From assembly GCA_040904565.1 (NCBI GenBank), contig JBBDTI010000068.1, positions 1 to 21,407 on the forward strand: 21,407 bases of DNA, given 5' to 3'. The DNA comes from Rhodothermales bacterium. GTDB taxonomy: Bacteria; Bacteroidota; Rhodothermia; Rhodothermales; VXPQ01. Both the position numbers and the translations under genes were made by a program. Shown here in pieces: positions 1 through 8,428 of this stretch. Position 1 is the stretch's first letter. The number at the start of each line of letters is the position of its first letter. A model generated the notes under the pieces. It did no database searches, was not told the DNA's origin, and saw only the letters and a program-made list of their open reading frames with translations.

Positions 1-1248
1 GCCCGCCGCCTGGGGAGCCGAAAAATCCTTGACCACGACGGCATCCGATCCGATCATGCTTTCGGATCCGGTCTGGGTAGGGGCAAGGTGGGCTCGCACG
101 ACCTGTCCCATGAGGAAAAAAGCGATGGCGCCCGTGGCGACGGCGACCGGAATGAGGAGCTCGAGCGATACCTGGACGGCGCCCACGGGGGTATCCACGA
201 GCATGATGCCCCCCATGATGAGGCATCCGACGCCCCCGATCGTCAGAACGCCGAAGCTGGGCACGAAGGCTTCCGCCACGAAGAGTGCGAGTCCGCCAAA
301 GACGAGCAGGAGTCCGATCATGTTGATGGGGAGGACCGACAGCCCCGTGAAGCCCAGCAGCAGAAAGATCGCGCCAAGCGTCCCCGCCACGCCCCAGCCG
401 GGCGAGTAGAATTCGAACAGCAGCCCGTAGAAACCCAGCATGAGCAGCAGGAAGGCCACGTTGGGATTGGCGATGGCATTGAGGACGCGCTCGCCCCACC
501 AGGCGTCGATGGACACGATTTCCGCGCCCGCCGTATGGAGGACGATCTCGTGCGTTCCGAGGTCCACCGTCCGTCCGTCGATGCGATCGAGAAGGTCTTC
601 CGCGCTGGAGGCGAGCAGGTCGATCACGTTCAGCTCGAGCGCTTCCTCGGCGGTGATGGATAGGCTCTCGGTGACGGCAGACTCGACCCAGTCGGCGTTT
701 CGCCCGCGAAGCGTGGCCAGCGAGCGGGCCCACGCCCGCGTGTCGTTCAGGATCTTTTCTTCCATGACGCCCGACGAGTCGGTCTGGCCCGTTCCCATCT
801 GCACGGGATGTGCGGCGCCGATGTGGGTGCCGGGTGCCATGGCGGCCACGTGGGCGGAAACGGTGATGAAGACCCCGGCGGAGGCGGCCCGTGCGCCCGA
901 TGGGGCGACGTAGACGATTACCGGAACGGTGCTGCCCAGAAAGGAGCGGACGATCTCTCGGGTGGACTCAACGAGTCCGCCCGGAGTATCGAGTTCGAGG
1001 AGTATCGCTGAGGCGCCGAGCTCGTCGGCCTCCTCGAAGACGCGGCGCAGGTAGCGGACCGTAACCGGCGTGATGGCTTCGTCTTCGAGCCGTGCGCGCA
1101 CCACCGGGCCGGAAGCCTGGGCGATCTCGCCGGTCTCCTGAGCGACGCTGCCTACCTCCTGCGCAACGGCGCCCGCCTCCTGCGCGCGGGCATCCACCCG
1201 AAACAGACCGACCAGAAGCAGCAGTATGGCAAGCGTCGAGCAGCGCAT
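1..1248 (-). CDS. nfeD: NfeD-family membrane-bound ClpP-class serine protease (3' end lies beyond the left edge of the window)
   Basis: Translated by hand (absent from the ORF track because no stop lies in the window). From ATG 1248: MRCSTLAILLLLVGLFRVDARAQE signal peptide, then ILLELDTPGGLVESTREIV, VIVYVAPSGARAASAGVFI, AAMAPGTHIGAAHPV, EKILND, RGRNADW, a hydrophobic segment, and VVRAHLAPTQTGSESMIGSDAVV at the start of the C-terminal OB-like domain. Confidence 0.93.
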   Translation of the reverse strand, partial: MRCSTLAILLLLVGLFRVDARAQEAGAVAQEVGSVAQETGEIAQASGPVVRARLEDEAITPVTVRYLRRVFEEADELGASAILLELDTPGGLVESTREIVRSFLGSTVPVIVYVAPSGARAASAGVFITVSAHVAAMAPGTHIGAAHPVQMGTGQTDSSGVMEEKILNDTRAWARSLATLRGRNADWVESAVTESLSITAEEALELNVIDLLASSAEDLLDRIDGRTVDLGTHEIVLHTAGAEIVSIDAWWGERVLNAIANPNVAFLLLMLGFYGLLFEFYSPGWGVAGTLGAIFLLLGFTGLSVLPINMIGLLLVFGGLALFVAEAFVPSFGVLTIGGVGCLIMGGIMLVDTPVGAVQVSLELLIPVAVATGAIAFFLMGQVVRAHLAPTQTGSESMIGSDAVVVKDFSAPQAAG

Positions 1249-1305
1249 CACGACGTGACGTTTGGTTTGTCCAGACATGTCGCAACGGCGAGCATCTTGA
1301 TTCAA

Positions 1306-1370
1306 TCACGCGCCCAAAATTCCACCGCGCCCAAAAATCCCACCGCGCCTACATCCCACCGCGACCAAAA
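1306..1370. repeat. Imperfect tandem repeat, 4 units of 15-18 bp (core CCACCGCG-CC-AAAA)
   Basis: tcacgcgcccaaaat / tccaccgcgcccaaaaat / cccaccgcgcctacat / cccaccgcgaccaaaa, between the HAD stop codon and the nfeD start. Confidence 0.75.
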
Positions 1371-1377
1371 GCCGCCG

Positions 1378-2097
1378 CTACCGGGTCACGGCGCCTTCGA
1401 TCTTGCAGGCTTCCTCGAGGAAGGCCTGGAGGGCTCGGATGTCCGAGATGACGAGCGAGGGGCGATCCTCCTGCTCTTCGTACTCGGACGAAAACACGAT
1501 CTGATAGGGGAGGCGAAGACGTACGGTCTTCCATCCGAGGGCGTTCGGGGCGCGAAAATCCTTGCCCGGATCGTCGGCCACGTAGGCCAGCTCTTCAGGC
1601 TGCAGCGCGAGCTCCGAGGTCACGTGACGGAAGGCCCGGTCGTGCGGCTTGCGGTACTTCTTGCCCCACTCATCCGTAAAGACGACGATGTCGAGCTTGT
1701 TCGTCAGGCCCAGCGCCTCGATCTTACGGCGTCCCGATTCGGGCGAGCCGTCGGCGATGATGCCGAGCTTCACGCTGCTGTCGTTCAGCTTTCGCAGGAG
1801 GCTCCCCATTCGGGGCATGAGGTTGATGTTCGGGAGGTGGGTGACATACGCCTCCGAGATGTCGTCGGTGGAATGGCCGTTGCAGAGCTCCGGATATTCC
1901 TCCAGGACGTCCTCGAACGGCCGGCCCTTTCCGGTTTCCTGGAAGCGATCCCACATGAACATGTACAACTCGCGGCGCTTTATGCTGTCGTCCGTGAGCA
2001 TCTCGCTGAGGTGCTTGTAACCACTCTTGATGTACTGCCGCTCCAGATAGAGCGTGTCATCGAGGTCGAAAATGACGGCACGTATGGGCATAGTCAT
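1378..2097 (-). CDS. HAD-superfamily (subfamily IA) hydrolase/phosphatase
   Basis: Motif I AVIFDLDDTLY near the N-terminus, motif III KP (YRKPHD), motif IV YVADDPGKDF. The start is trimmed from the track's 2322 to ATG 2097 (or 2091) because the upstream 75 codons lack family features. Confidence 0.88.
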   Translation of the reverse strand: MTMPIRAVIFDLDDTLYLERQYIKSGYKHLSEMLTDDSIKRRELYMFMWDRFQETGKGRPFEDVLEEYPELCNGHSTDDISEAYVTHLPNINLMPRMGSLLRKLNDSSVKLGIIADGSPESGRRKIEALGLTNKLDIVVFTDEWGKKYRKPHDRAFRHVTSELALQPEELAYVADDPGKDFRAPNALGWKTVRLRLPYQIVFSSEYEEQEDRPSLVISDIRALQAFLEEACKIEGAVTR

Positions 2098-2247
2098 CGA
2101 ATGTCTTGACGGTAATCCGCACATTTTAAGCGGAAGGCCGCCGTAAAGGTCCTGCAAAGGGTGATTTTGGGCACGAATCACTGCCCTGAAAGTATCCCCT
2201 GTACGTCTCGAGGTGGAAATTCGGCCCGCTCGAGGCTTTTTGGGAGC

Positions 2248-2335
2248 GTATGTTACCGCCTGTATGTTGCCGAGTATGTTGCCGACAGTGCAAGCCACGT
2301 TAGCATTAAGCCACCGTAGCATTAAGCCAGTATAG
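2248..2335. repeat. Two adjacent short tandem repeats upstream of the epimerase start
   Basis: GTATGTT(A/G)CCG at 2248, 2262 and 2274. Then a 16-bp period AAGCCAC..TAGCATT at 2292 and 2308, with a partial copy at 2324 ending at ATG 2336. Confidence 0.8.
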
Positions 2336-3340
2336 ATGGGTCATTATCTCGTAACCGGCGTCGCGGGGTTTATCGCCTCGAGAGTGGCCGGATTTCTTCT
2401 GGACGACGGGCACACGGTCGTCGGCGTGGACAATCTGAACGATTCCCACGACGTCCGCCTCAAGAAGTGGCGGGTCGAGCAGCTGCGGCGGGACGGATTT
2501 ACGTTCCACGAGCTCGACATCTGCGACCGCGATGCGCTGCGGGATACGGTGTTCGGCGGCAGTGCCGGCGACGGAGACACTATCGACAGGGACACCTTCG
2601 ACGCCGTGATCAACCTCGCCGCGCGTGCGGGTGTTCGCCCGTCGGTCGAGAATCCATACATCTATGCGGATACGAATCTGGGCGGCACGCTCAATCTGCT
2701 CGAGCTCTGCCGGGCGCACGGCGTGGAGAAGTTCGTCCTGGCGTCGACCTCCAGCGTCTACGGGGCGACCACCGAGATGCCATACCGCGAGAATCAGGAT
2801 ACGGACCGGCCCCTGTCGCCCTACGCGGCGTCGAAGAAGGCGGCCGAGGCGATGTGCTACACGTATCATTACCTCCACGACATCGACGTTACCGTCTTTC
2901 GGTATTTTACGGTCTACGGCCCGGCCGGACGCCCCGATATGGCGCCGTTTCGATTCATCAAGTGGATTGCCGAGGGGCAGCCGTTGACGGTGTATGGGGA
3001 TGGCTCTCAGTCGCGCGACTTCACGTATGTGGACGACATCGCGCGCGGCACGATTCTCGGCTTGAAGGAGGTCGGCTACGAGGCCGTCAACCTGGGATCC
3101 GACACGCCCATCGTGTTGATGGATGCCATCCGCGCCTTCGAGGAGGCGATCGGGAAGGGGGCGAAGATCGAGTACGAACCGCGCCACGAAGCGGACGTAC
3201 CCGCTACCTGGGCGAATATCTCGAAGGCGCGGCGATTGCTCGGATGGCAGCCGGAGGTCGACTTCGAGGAGGGCGTCCGCCGGACGGTCGACTGGTACCT
3301 GGAGCACCGCGAATGGGCTCGGGACCTGCGGACGGATTGA
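2336..3340 (+). CDS. NAD-dependent epimerase/dehydratase (extended SDR, UDP-glucuronate 4-epimerase-like)
   Basis: LVTGVAGFIA nucleotide-binding motif, INLAARAGVRPS, ASTSSVYG, catalytic YAASK, FTVYGPAGRPDMA, RDFTYVDDI. Confidence 0.93.
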   Translation: MGHYLVTGVAGFIASRVAGFLLDDGHTVVGVDNLNDSHDVRLKKWRVEQLRRDGFTFHELDICDRDALRDTVFGGSAGDGDTIDRDTFDAVINLAARAGVRPSVENPYIYADTNLGGTLNLLELCRAHGVEKFVLASTSSVYGATTEMPYRENQDTDRPLSPYAASKKAAEAMCYTYHYLHDIDVTVFRYFTVYGPAGRPDMAPFRFIKWIAEGQPLTVYGDGSQSRDFTYVDDIARGTILGLKEVGYEAVNLGSDTPIVLMDAIRAFEEAIGKGAKIEYEPRHEADVPATWANISKARRLLGWQPEVDFEEGVRRTVDWYLEHREWARDLRTD

Positions 3341-3444
3341 TCGGGTTCGGCACTTTCGGGCGGATTGATCGGGTTCGGCACTTTCGGGCGGATTGGTCGG
3401 GTTCGGGTCCGCCGGCCGGATCGATCGGGTTCGGCACCGCTTTT
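3333..3444. repeat. 28-bp tandem repeat, 4 units (CGGATTGATCGGGTTCGGCACTTTCGGG)
   Basis: Units at 3333 and 3361 are identical; those at 3389 and 3417 are diverged. Unit 1 contains the epimerase TGA stop. Confidence 0.92.
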
Positions 3445-3482
3445 GCATTCGATGCACGTCTATTCAAACAAACGAATACGTC

Positions 3483-4895
3483 ATGGCTGATACACAGGCA
3501 TCATCGGCCGTTTCCTCCGGGGAGACGGTGCAGCTTACGGGAGTCGCGAGGGAGCTCGCGGAAAAGATTTCTGACAGGACGGCGTCGATCGGGGTCGTCG
3601 GACTCGGCTACGTCGGACTCCCACTCGCCGTGGAGTTCGCCGGCCAGGGATTCCGTACGGTCGGTATCGATCTGAACTCGGAGTGCGTCCTTCGGCTGAA
3701 TGCAGGCCACAATCATATCCAGGACGTAGACGACGATACGTTCAAGGAGGTAGTCGACGAGGGCCGCTTCATCGCCTCCGACGAGTTCGGCGTGGCGAAG
3801 GACCTCGACGTGCTGTTCATCTGCGTTCCGACGCCGGTGACGGATACGAAGGATCCCGACACCACGTATATCGAGTCCGCCTCGGCGTCGCTGGCCGAGC
3901 ACCTGCGCGAGGGACAGCTGATCGTACTGAAGAGCACGACGTACCCGGACACGACGGAGGGACTCGTACAGCCGATCCTCGAAAAGCAGGCGAAGGCAAA
4001 GGGACTGAAGCTCGGGCGCGATTATTTCCTGGCGTTCAGTCCGGAGCGCATCGACCCGGGCAACCGGCAGTACACGACGAAGAACACGCCCGTCGTGGTC
4101 GGCGGGGTCTCGAAGGCGTGCACCGAACTGGCCGCCCAGGCCATCGGTCAGGTGTCCGAGCACGTCCACCGCGTCTCCTCTCCCAAGGTGGCGGAGATGG
4201 AAAAGCTGCTGGAGAACATCTTCCGGTCCGTCAACATCGCCCTGCTCAACGAGCTGGCGCAGCTGTGCGACCGGATGGGCGGCATTTCGATTTGGGAGGT
4301 GGTGGATGCGGCGGCGACGAAGCCTTTCGGGTTCATGCCGTTCTATCCCGGCCCCGGACTGGGCGGCCACTGCATCCCCATCGACCCGTATTATCTGTCC
4401 TGGCTCGCCCGGCGCTACGATTTCGAGACCAACTTCATCACGCTGTCCGCCCGCGTGAACGAGATGATGCCGTTCTACGTGGCGGATTCCGTCGTTCGCG
4501 CCATCGCCGACCAGCCCGTGCGGCTGCGGGATGCGAAGGTGCTCATCCTGGGCGCAGCCTTCAAGCGGGACGTATCCGACACGCGCCACTCGCCCGCGCA
4601 CCGGATCATCGACCTGCTCAAAAAGCGCGGCATCGATCAGGTCGCCTACAGCGATCCGCATGTAGACACGCTCGAGGTGGACGGCGACTCGTGCCACCTC
4701 AACCTCGAATCGCTGGATCTGACGGAGGAGGTGGTGAAAAGTCACGACGTGTGCGTCATCGTCACGGATCACAGCGCCTTCCCCTATGCCATGATCGCCA
4801 AGCACGCCAGGTCGATCGTGGATACGCGCAATGCCCTGAAGCACATCCCGCACGACCGCGATAAGGTGCTCCTTCTCGGCGGCGGCGACTTCTAG
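3483..4895 (+). CDS. wbpA: Nucleotide-sugar dehydrogenase, UDP-N-acetyl-D-glucosamine 6-dehydrogenase (WbpA-like)
   Basis: GVVGLGYVGLPLA, ICVPTP, STTYP, FSPERIDPGN, KLLENIFRSVNIA, and KPFGFMPFYPGPGLGGHCIPIDPYYL containing the catalytic Cys. Start moved to ATG 3483 because the track's extension reads through the 28-bp repeat. Confidence 0.88.
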   Translation: MADTQASSAVSSGETVQLTGVARELAEKISDRTASIGVVGLGYVGLPLAVEFAGQGFRTVGIDLNSECVLRLNAGHNHIQDVDDDTFKEVVDEGRFIASDEFGVAKDLDVLFICVPTPVTDTKDPDTTYIESASASLAEHLREGQLIVLKSTTYPDTTEGLVQPILEKQAKAKGLKLGRDYFLAFSPERIDPGNRQYTTKNTPVVVGGVSKACTELAAQAIGQVSEHVHRVSSPKVAEMEKLLENIFRSVNIALLNELAQLCDRMGGISIWEVVDAAATKPFGFMPFYPGPGLGGHCIPIDPYYLSWLARRYDFETNFITLSARVNEMMPFYVADSVVRAIADQPVRLRDAKVLILGAAFKRDVSDTRHSPAHRIIDLLKKRGIDQVAYSDPHVDTLEVDGDSCHLNLESLDLTEEVVKSHDVCVIVTDHSAFPYAMIAKHARSIVDTRNALKHIPHDRDKVLLLGGGDF

Positions 4896-5026
4896 AGGCT
4901 CACTGGTTGTGGCGATCCGTCCGCTTTTTTCCGGCCTCCACGTTATATCTCATGCGCCCTCGTGTCTAGAAGTACAGTTCACCACTGTTTCTTCTGATTC
5001 GGCGCGTGAGACGCGCGGAGGCGGAC

Positions 5027-7273
5027 ATGCCCCACTTCGACGACCTTCCGATCATTCGACGGTTTGCTCTCTCGTCGAGGCTACCATCCACGCGGCGGCC
5101 GGCCCGTCTCGTAACGACCTTCCTCGTCTTGTCCTTCCTGGTCGCCCTGCCGGTCCAGGGCCAGACGGCCGTTCTCGCTGAAAACTTCGATGCGGTGACA
5201 CCGCCTGCAGCCCCGGCCGGATGGGTCCTCGACACGGGATGGGAGACGTCCTCCGGATCGTCCTCGACGGGATCCGGCCTCAATAACCTGGCGCACAGCG
5301 GCTCGCAGGCGACGTCGGCCCGGACGCCCGTCTTCGACCTTGCCGGGGCGACGTTCGCCACGCTGTCCTATCTCGCACGGCGGACGGGATCGTACGACGT
5401 CACGAATCTACGTGTGGCGGCCTCGACGGACGGCGGCGCGACGTTCCCGATTACGGTATTCGGCGCAGGTGCCGCCCTGCCGTCGGCCTCGTCGACCTAT
5501 GAACTCATTTCGGTGGCTCTTCCGTCTTCGCTTCTGGGGTCGCCGGACGTCGTCGTCCGGTTTGAAGGGCAGGGCATCAGTGCGTCCAGCTCGAACGCGC
5601 GCCTCGACGACGTCACGGTGGAGATGTATACGTCGGATGATGCGGCGGGTGGAACGCTCGGGTTTCAGAGCGCATCCGGAGAGGCCGTGGCGGAGGACGA
5701 CAGCGTGCTCGTTCCGCTGCGGCTCGATTTTACGGCTCCCTCCGGACTCCAGGGGATTCAGTTCCGCGTAGGGTGGACGATCGATTCACTGTCCATCGCC
5801 GACGTACTGCGCGGTCCCGCCGTGGCGGACGAGGGGACGTGGACCGTCTCGTATGAAGCCGGGCCGCATTCCGTCGATGTCGTGCTCCTCGGGGAAGGTG
5901 TGTCGTCGCTGCCGGCCGGCACGTACGATTCGCTGCTGACGATGCGCTTTACGGCGGGCGCCGTGGAAACGGAGATCGTGGATGTCCTGGCGCTGTCGGA
6001 CGTGCTGGGGGCGCTCGCCATACCGGAGGGCTCCGACGCGAACGTACAAGCGGGTTCCGCGGCGCATACGCTAACGATCGTTCCGGGCACGGCTGTGTTT
6101 CTGGCGCTGCCGGAGGTTGTTGACGTCGGGTGGGTTGACGTCGACGACGTCGACAGCGCCGTCGTGACGGTATACAATCCAGGCGGTACGAAGGAGCTGC
6201 TGGTCACGTCGGTTACGAGTACGAACCCTCTGTTTTCGGTCAATCCCGACTCGGGCCTCGTCGCCCCTGACGACAGCCTGCAGTTTGCCGTTACGTTCGC
6301 TCCCGCCGACACGGCCTTCGGGATCCAGGAGGCGGACCTCGTCTTCGAGCATAACGGATCGGAGAGCCCGTCAACGATCTCAATACAAGGAAAGGGCCGC
6401 GGCGGACGGGGGGACGCCGAGGGTGACGGTTCCGTCGACGTGCTGGACATTGTCCACGCCATCGACTTTGTGCTGGCGCGGATCTCGCCCGAGCCGGCAC
6501 AAGCGTCTGCCGCGGATCTCTTTCCTTTTCCCGCCGGGGACGGCACGCTCGACGTGCGGGACCTGACGGTGCTCTCCCAGGCCGTCGCGCGCGGCCAGTG
6601 GCCTGACGGATTCCCGCTTCCGATCGAATCGGTTCCGGTAGCCAAGGTGTCTTCCGGCGTGGCGCACGTGACGCTTCAGTCGACTGGGGTCGGCGAGTAC
6701 GTGCTCGAACTGCAGCACGATGTGCCCATCCGGGCGTTCCAGCTCATTCTTCCCACCGCCGAACGAACGTCCGCCACCAGTCTGAAGCACGGCGATGGGT
6801 TCACGCTTCGAACCGGGTACGACGCTGAACGGGGCGAATTACGCATCGTCGGGTTCGTGGCGAACGGAGGGGCCATCGAGGCGGGCGTACGCCGTCTCGC
6901 CGTGTCGGCCCGCGTGGGGTCCCCCAGGTACGCCACGGTGATCGGGACGGATCTGGATCGCATCGCGGTCGACGCGCACGTACCCACCCTCCTGGAATCC
7001 GAAGAGGTCCCGGACGACGAAATGGGGGGACCCTATCCAAATCCCTATCCGTCTTCCGGCGCTCCACTGCGGATCGAACGGGTTCCGCCGGACGCGCACG
7101 TTTCTATCTTCGACGTGCTCGGGCGCGAGGTGCTTCATCGTGAGGCCGAGTCGGGGTATTTCGAGTGGGACGGACGCGACGCGGCCGGACGGGTAGTCGC
7201 TCCCGGACTCTATGTTGCGCGCCTTCGCACGGCGAGCCTCGACCGCACGTGGACCGTCGTCGTGGTGCGATGA
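5027..7273 (+). CDS. Secreted multidomain protein: signal peptide, jelly-roll/adhesin-like domain, cohesin-like domain, ASH/choice-of-anchor-D-like Ig domain, dockerin-like domain, T9SS type A/FlgD-like C-terminal domain
   Basis: GGAGG just before ATG 5027. Hydrophobic LVTTFLVLSFLVALPVQG-Q signal; ENFD...STDGGATF...LDDVTV; VLVPLRL...LQGIQFRVGW...LLTMRF; VTVYNPGG.KELLVTSV...VTFAP; GDAEGDGSVDVLD...ADLFPFPAGDGTLDVRD; C-terminal PYPNPY...SIFDVLGREV...WDGRDAAGRVVAPGLYVARL...VVVR. Confidence 0.85.
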   Translation: MPHFDDLPIIRRFALSSRLPSTRRPARLVTTFLVLSFLVALPVQGQTAVLAENFDAVTPPAAPAGWVLDTGWETSSGSSSTGSGLNNLAHSGSQATSARTPVFDLAGATFATLSYLARRTGSYDVTNLRVAASTDGGATFPITVFGAGAALPSASSTYELISVALPSSLLGSPDVVVRFEGQGISASSSNARLDDVTVEMYTSDDAAGGTLGFQSASGEAVAEDDSVLVPLRLDFTAPSGLQGIQFRVGWTIDSLSIADVLRGPAVADEGTWTVSYEAGPHSVDVVLLGEGVSSLPAGTYDSLLTMRFTAGAVETEIVDVLALSDVLGALAIPEGSDANVQAGSAAHTLTIVPGTAVFLALPEVVDVGWVDVDDVDSAVVTVYNPGGTKELLVTSVTSTNPLFSVNPDSGLVAPDDSLQFAVTFAPADTAFGIQEADLVFEHNGSESPSTISIQGKGRGGRGDAEGDGSVDVLDIVHAIDFVLARISPEPAQASAADLFPFPAGDGTLDVRDLTVLSQAVARGQWPDGFPLPIESVPVAKVSSGVAHVTLQSTGVGEYVLELQHDVPIRAFQLILPTAERTSATSLKHGDGFTLRTGYDAERGELRIVGFVANGGAIEAGVRRLAVSARVGSPRYATVIGTDLDRIAVDAHVPTLLESEEVPDDEMGGPYPNPYPSSGAPLRIERVPPDAHVSIFDVLGREVLHREAESGYFEWDGRDAAGRVVAPGLYVARLRTASLDRTWTVVVVR

Positions 7274-7306
7274 GATCCACGCCGGCGTTTCAATATAGCC
7301 TGTCTC

Positions 7307-8428
7307 CTATCCCTCGACGTACTCCAGCACGGCCCGCCCGACGTACTCCAACTGCTCTTCCGTAAGCTCGGTATGCATCGGCAGTGAAAGCACTTCACGG
7401 GCCGCGTGCTCCGTCTCGCTCAGGTCGTCGAAGCGGCAGCCTCCATCGGCGAAGACGGGGAGTTCGTGCAGTGGAACCGGATAATAGATGGCGTGGGGGA
7501 TGTCCTGCTCGGCAAGATGCTGTGAGAGCCCGGTGCGTCCACCCGGTACGTCCTCGGAGACGCGCAGCGTGTACTGATGATATACGTGGGTCCGGTCCGG
7601 TGCGTGAAAGGGAGTCGTAATGAGGTCGCTGTCGGCAAACAGGCTGTCGTAGAAGGCCGCCGCTCGCCGGCGCGATGCCGTGTATTCATCGAGATGCTGG
7701 AGCTTGACCTTCAGGATGGCCGCCTGGATCGTATCGAGCCGGCTGTTGACGCCGACGATTTCGTTGTGGTATTTCCGCTCGGACCCGTGGTTCGAGATCA
7801 TCCGCATCTTCCGATACAGTTCGTCGTCGTTCGTCAGCACGGCGCCGCCGTCGCCGTAGCAGCCGAGGTTCTTCGACGGAAAAAAGGAGAGCGTCCCGAC
7901 GTCGCCGATGAATCCCGTCTTGACACCCTGATATGAAGATCCGATGGCCTGAGCGTTGTCCTCGATGACGTAGAGATCGTGCTTGCGGGCGATCTCCATA
8001 ATAGGGTCCATGTCGGCCGGCTGGCCGAAGAGATGAACGGGCACGATGGCCTTCGTGTCGGGCGTGATCATGGATTCGATCCCGTCCGGATCGAGATTGA
8101 AGGTCTGCGGATCGATGTCCGCGAAGACCGGCGTGGCCCCTAGCAGCGCGGCCGCTTCTGCCGTGGCGATAAACGTGAAGGCCGACGTGATGATCTCATC
8201 GCCGGGCCCGACGTCGAGTGCCATCATGGCGATCTGCAACGCGTCCGTTCCGTTGGCGACGCCGAGTGCGTAGGCCCCGTCGAGATACCCCGCCAGCTTG
8301 CATTCGAACTCACCGACCTCAGGTCCGCGGATGAACGCCGTCTCGTCGATGACCGCTCCGATGGACGCGTCGATCTCGCGCCTGATCGTCTCGTACTGCC
8401 CGCGAAGGTCTACCATTTCCAGATTCAT
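7307..8428 (-). CDS. DegT/DnrJ/EryC1/StrS PLP-dependent sugar aminotransferase (WbpE/PorR-like)
   Basis: ANGTDALQIA, GPGDEII, PVHLFGQ, IEDNAQ, SFFPSKNLGCYGDGGA (PLP lysine), NSRLDTIQAA, LSLPMH. ATG 8428 overlaps the upstream TGA as ATGA, indicating translational coupling. Confidence 0.93.
   Translation of the reverse strand: MNLEMVDLRGQYETIRREIDASIGAVIDETAFIRGPEVGEFECKLAGYLDGAYALGVANGTDALQIAMMALDVGPGDEIITSAFTFIATAEAAALLGATPVFADIDPQTFNLDPDGIESMITPDTKAIVPVHLFGQPADMDPIMEIARKHDLYVIEDNAQAIGSSYQGVKTGFIGDVGTLSFFPSKNLGCYGDGGAVLTNDDELYRKMRMISNHGSERKYHNEIVGVNSRLDTIQAAILKVKLQHLDEYTASRRRAAAFYDSLFADSDLITTPFHAPDRTHVYHQYTLRVSEDVPGGRTGLSQHLAEQDIPHAIYYPVPLHELPVFADGGCRFDDLSETEHAAREVLSLPMHTELTEEQLEYVGRAVLEYVEG

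Noticed and set aside
29-1011. Plus-strand ORFs 29..409, 88..663, 440..913, 808..1011
   Set aside because: Antisense shadows of nfeD; no family motifs.
3333-3444. Possible mini-CRISPR array
   Set aside because: Units are contiguous, the first two are fully identical, the variable part is only ~10 bp, and no cas gene lies in the window.
2306-4864. Long ORFs 2306..3457 (-), 2467..3675 (+), 3501..4853 (-), 3683..4864 (+)
   Set aside because: They overlap well-supported genes, are Arg/Pro/Gly-rich, and are expected in GC-rich DNA with few stop codons.
4896-4930. T-tract after wbpA as a terminator
   Set aside because: The preceding stem is too short and weak to call.
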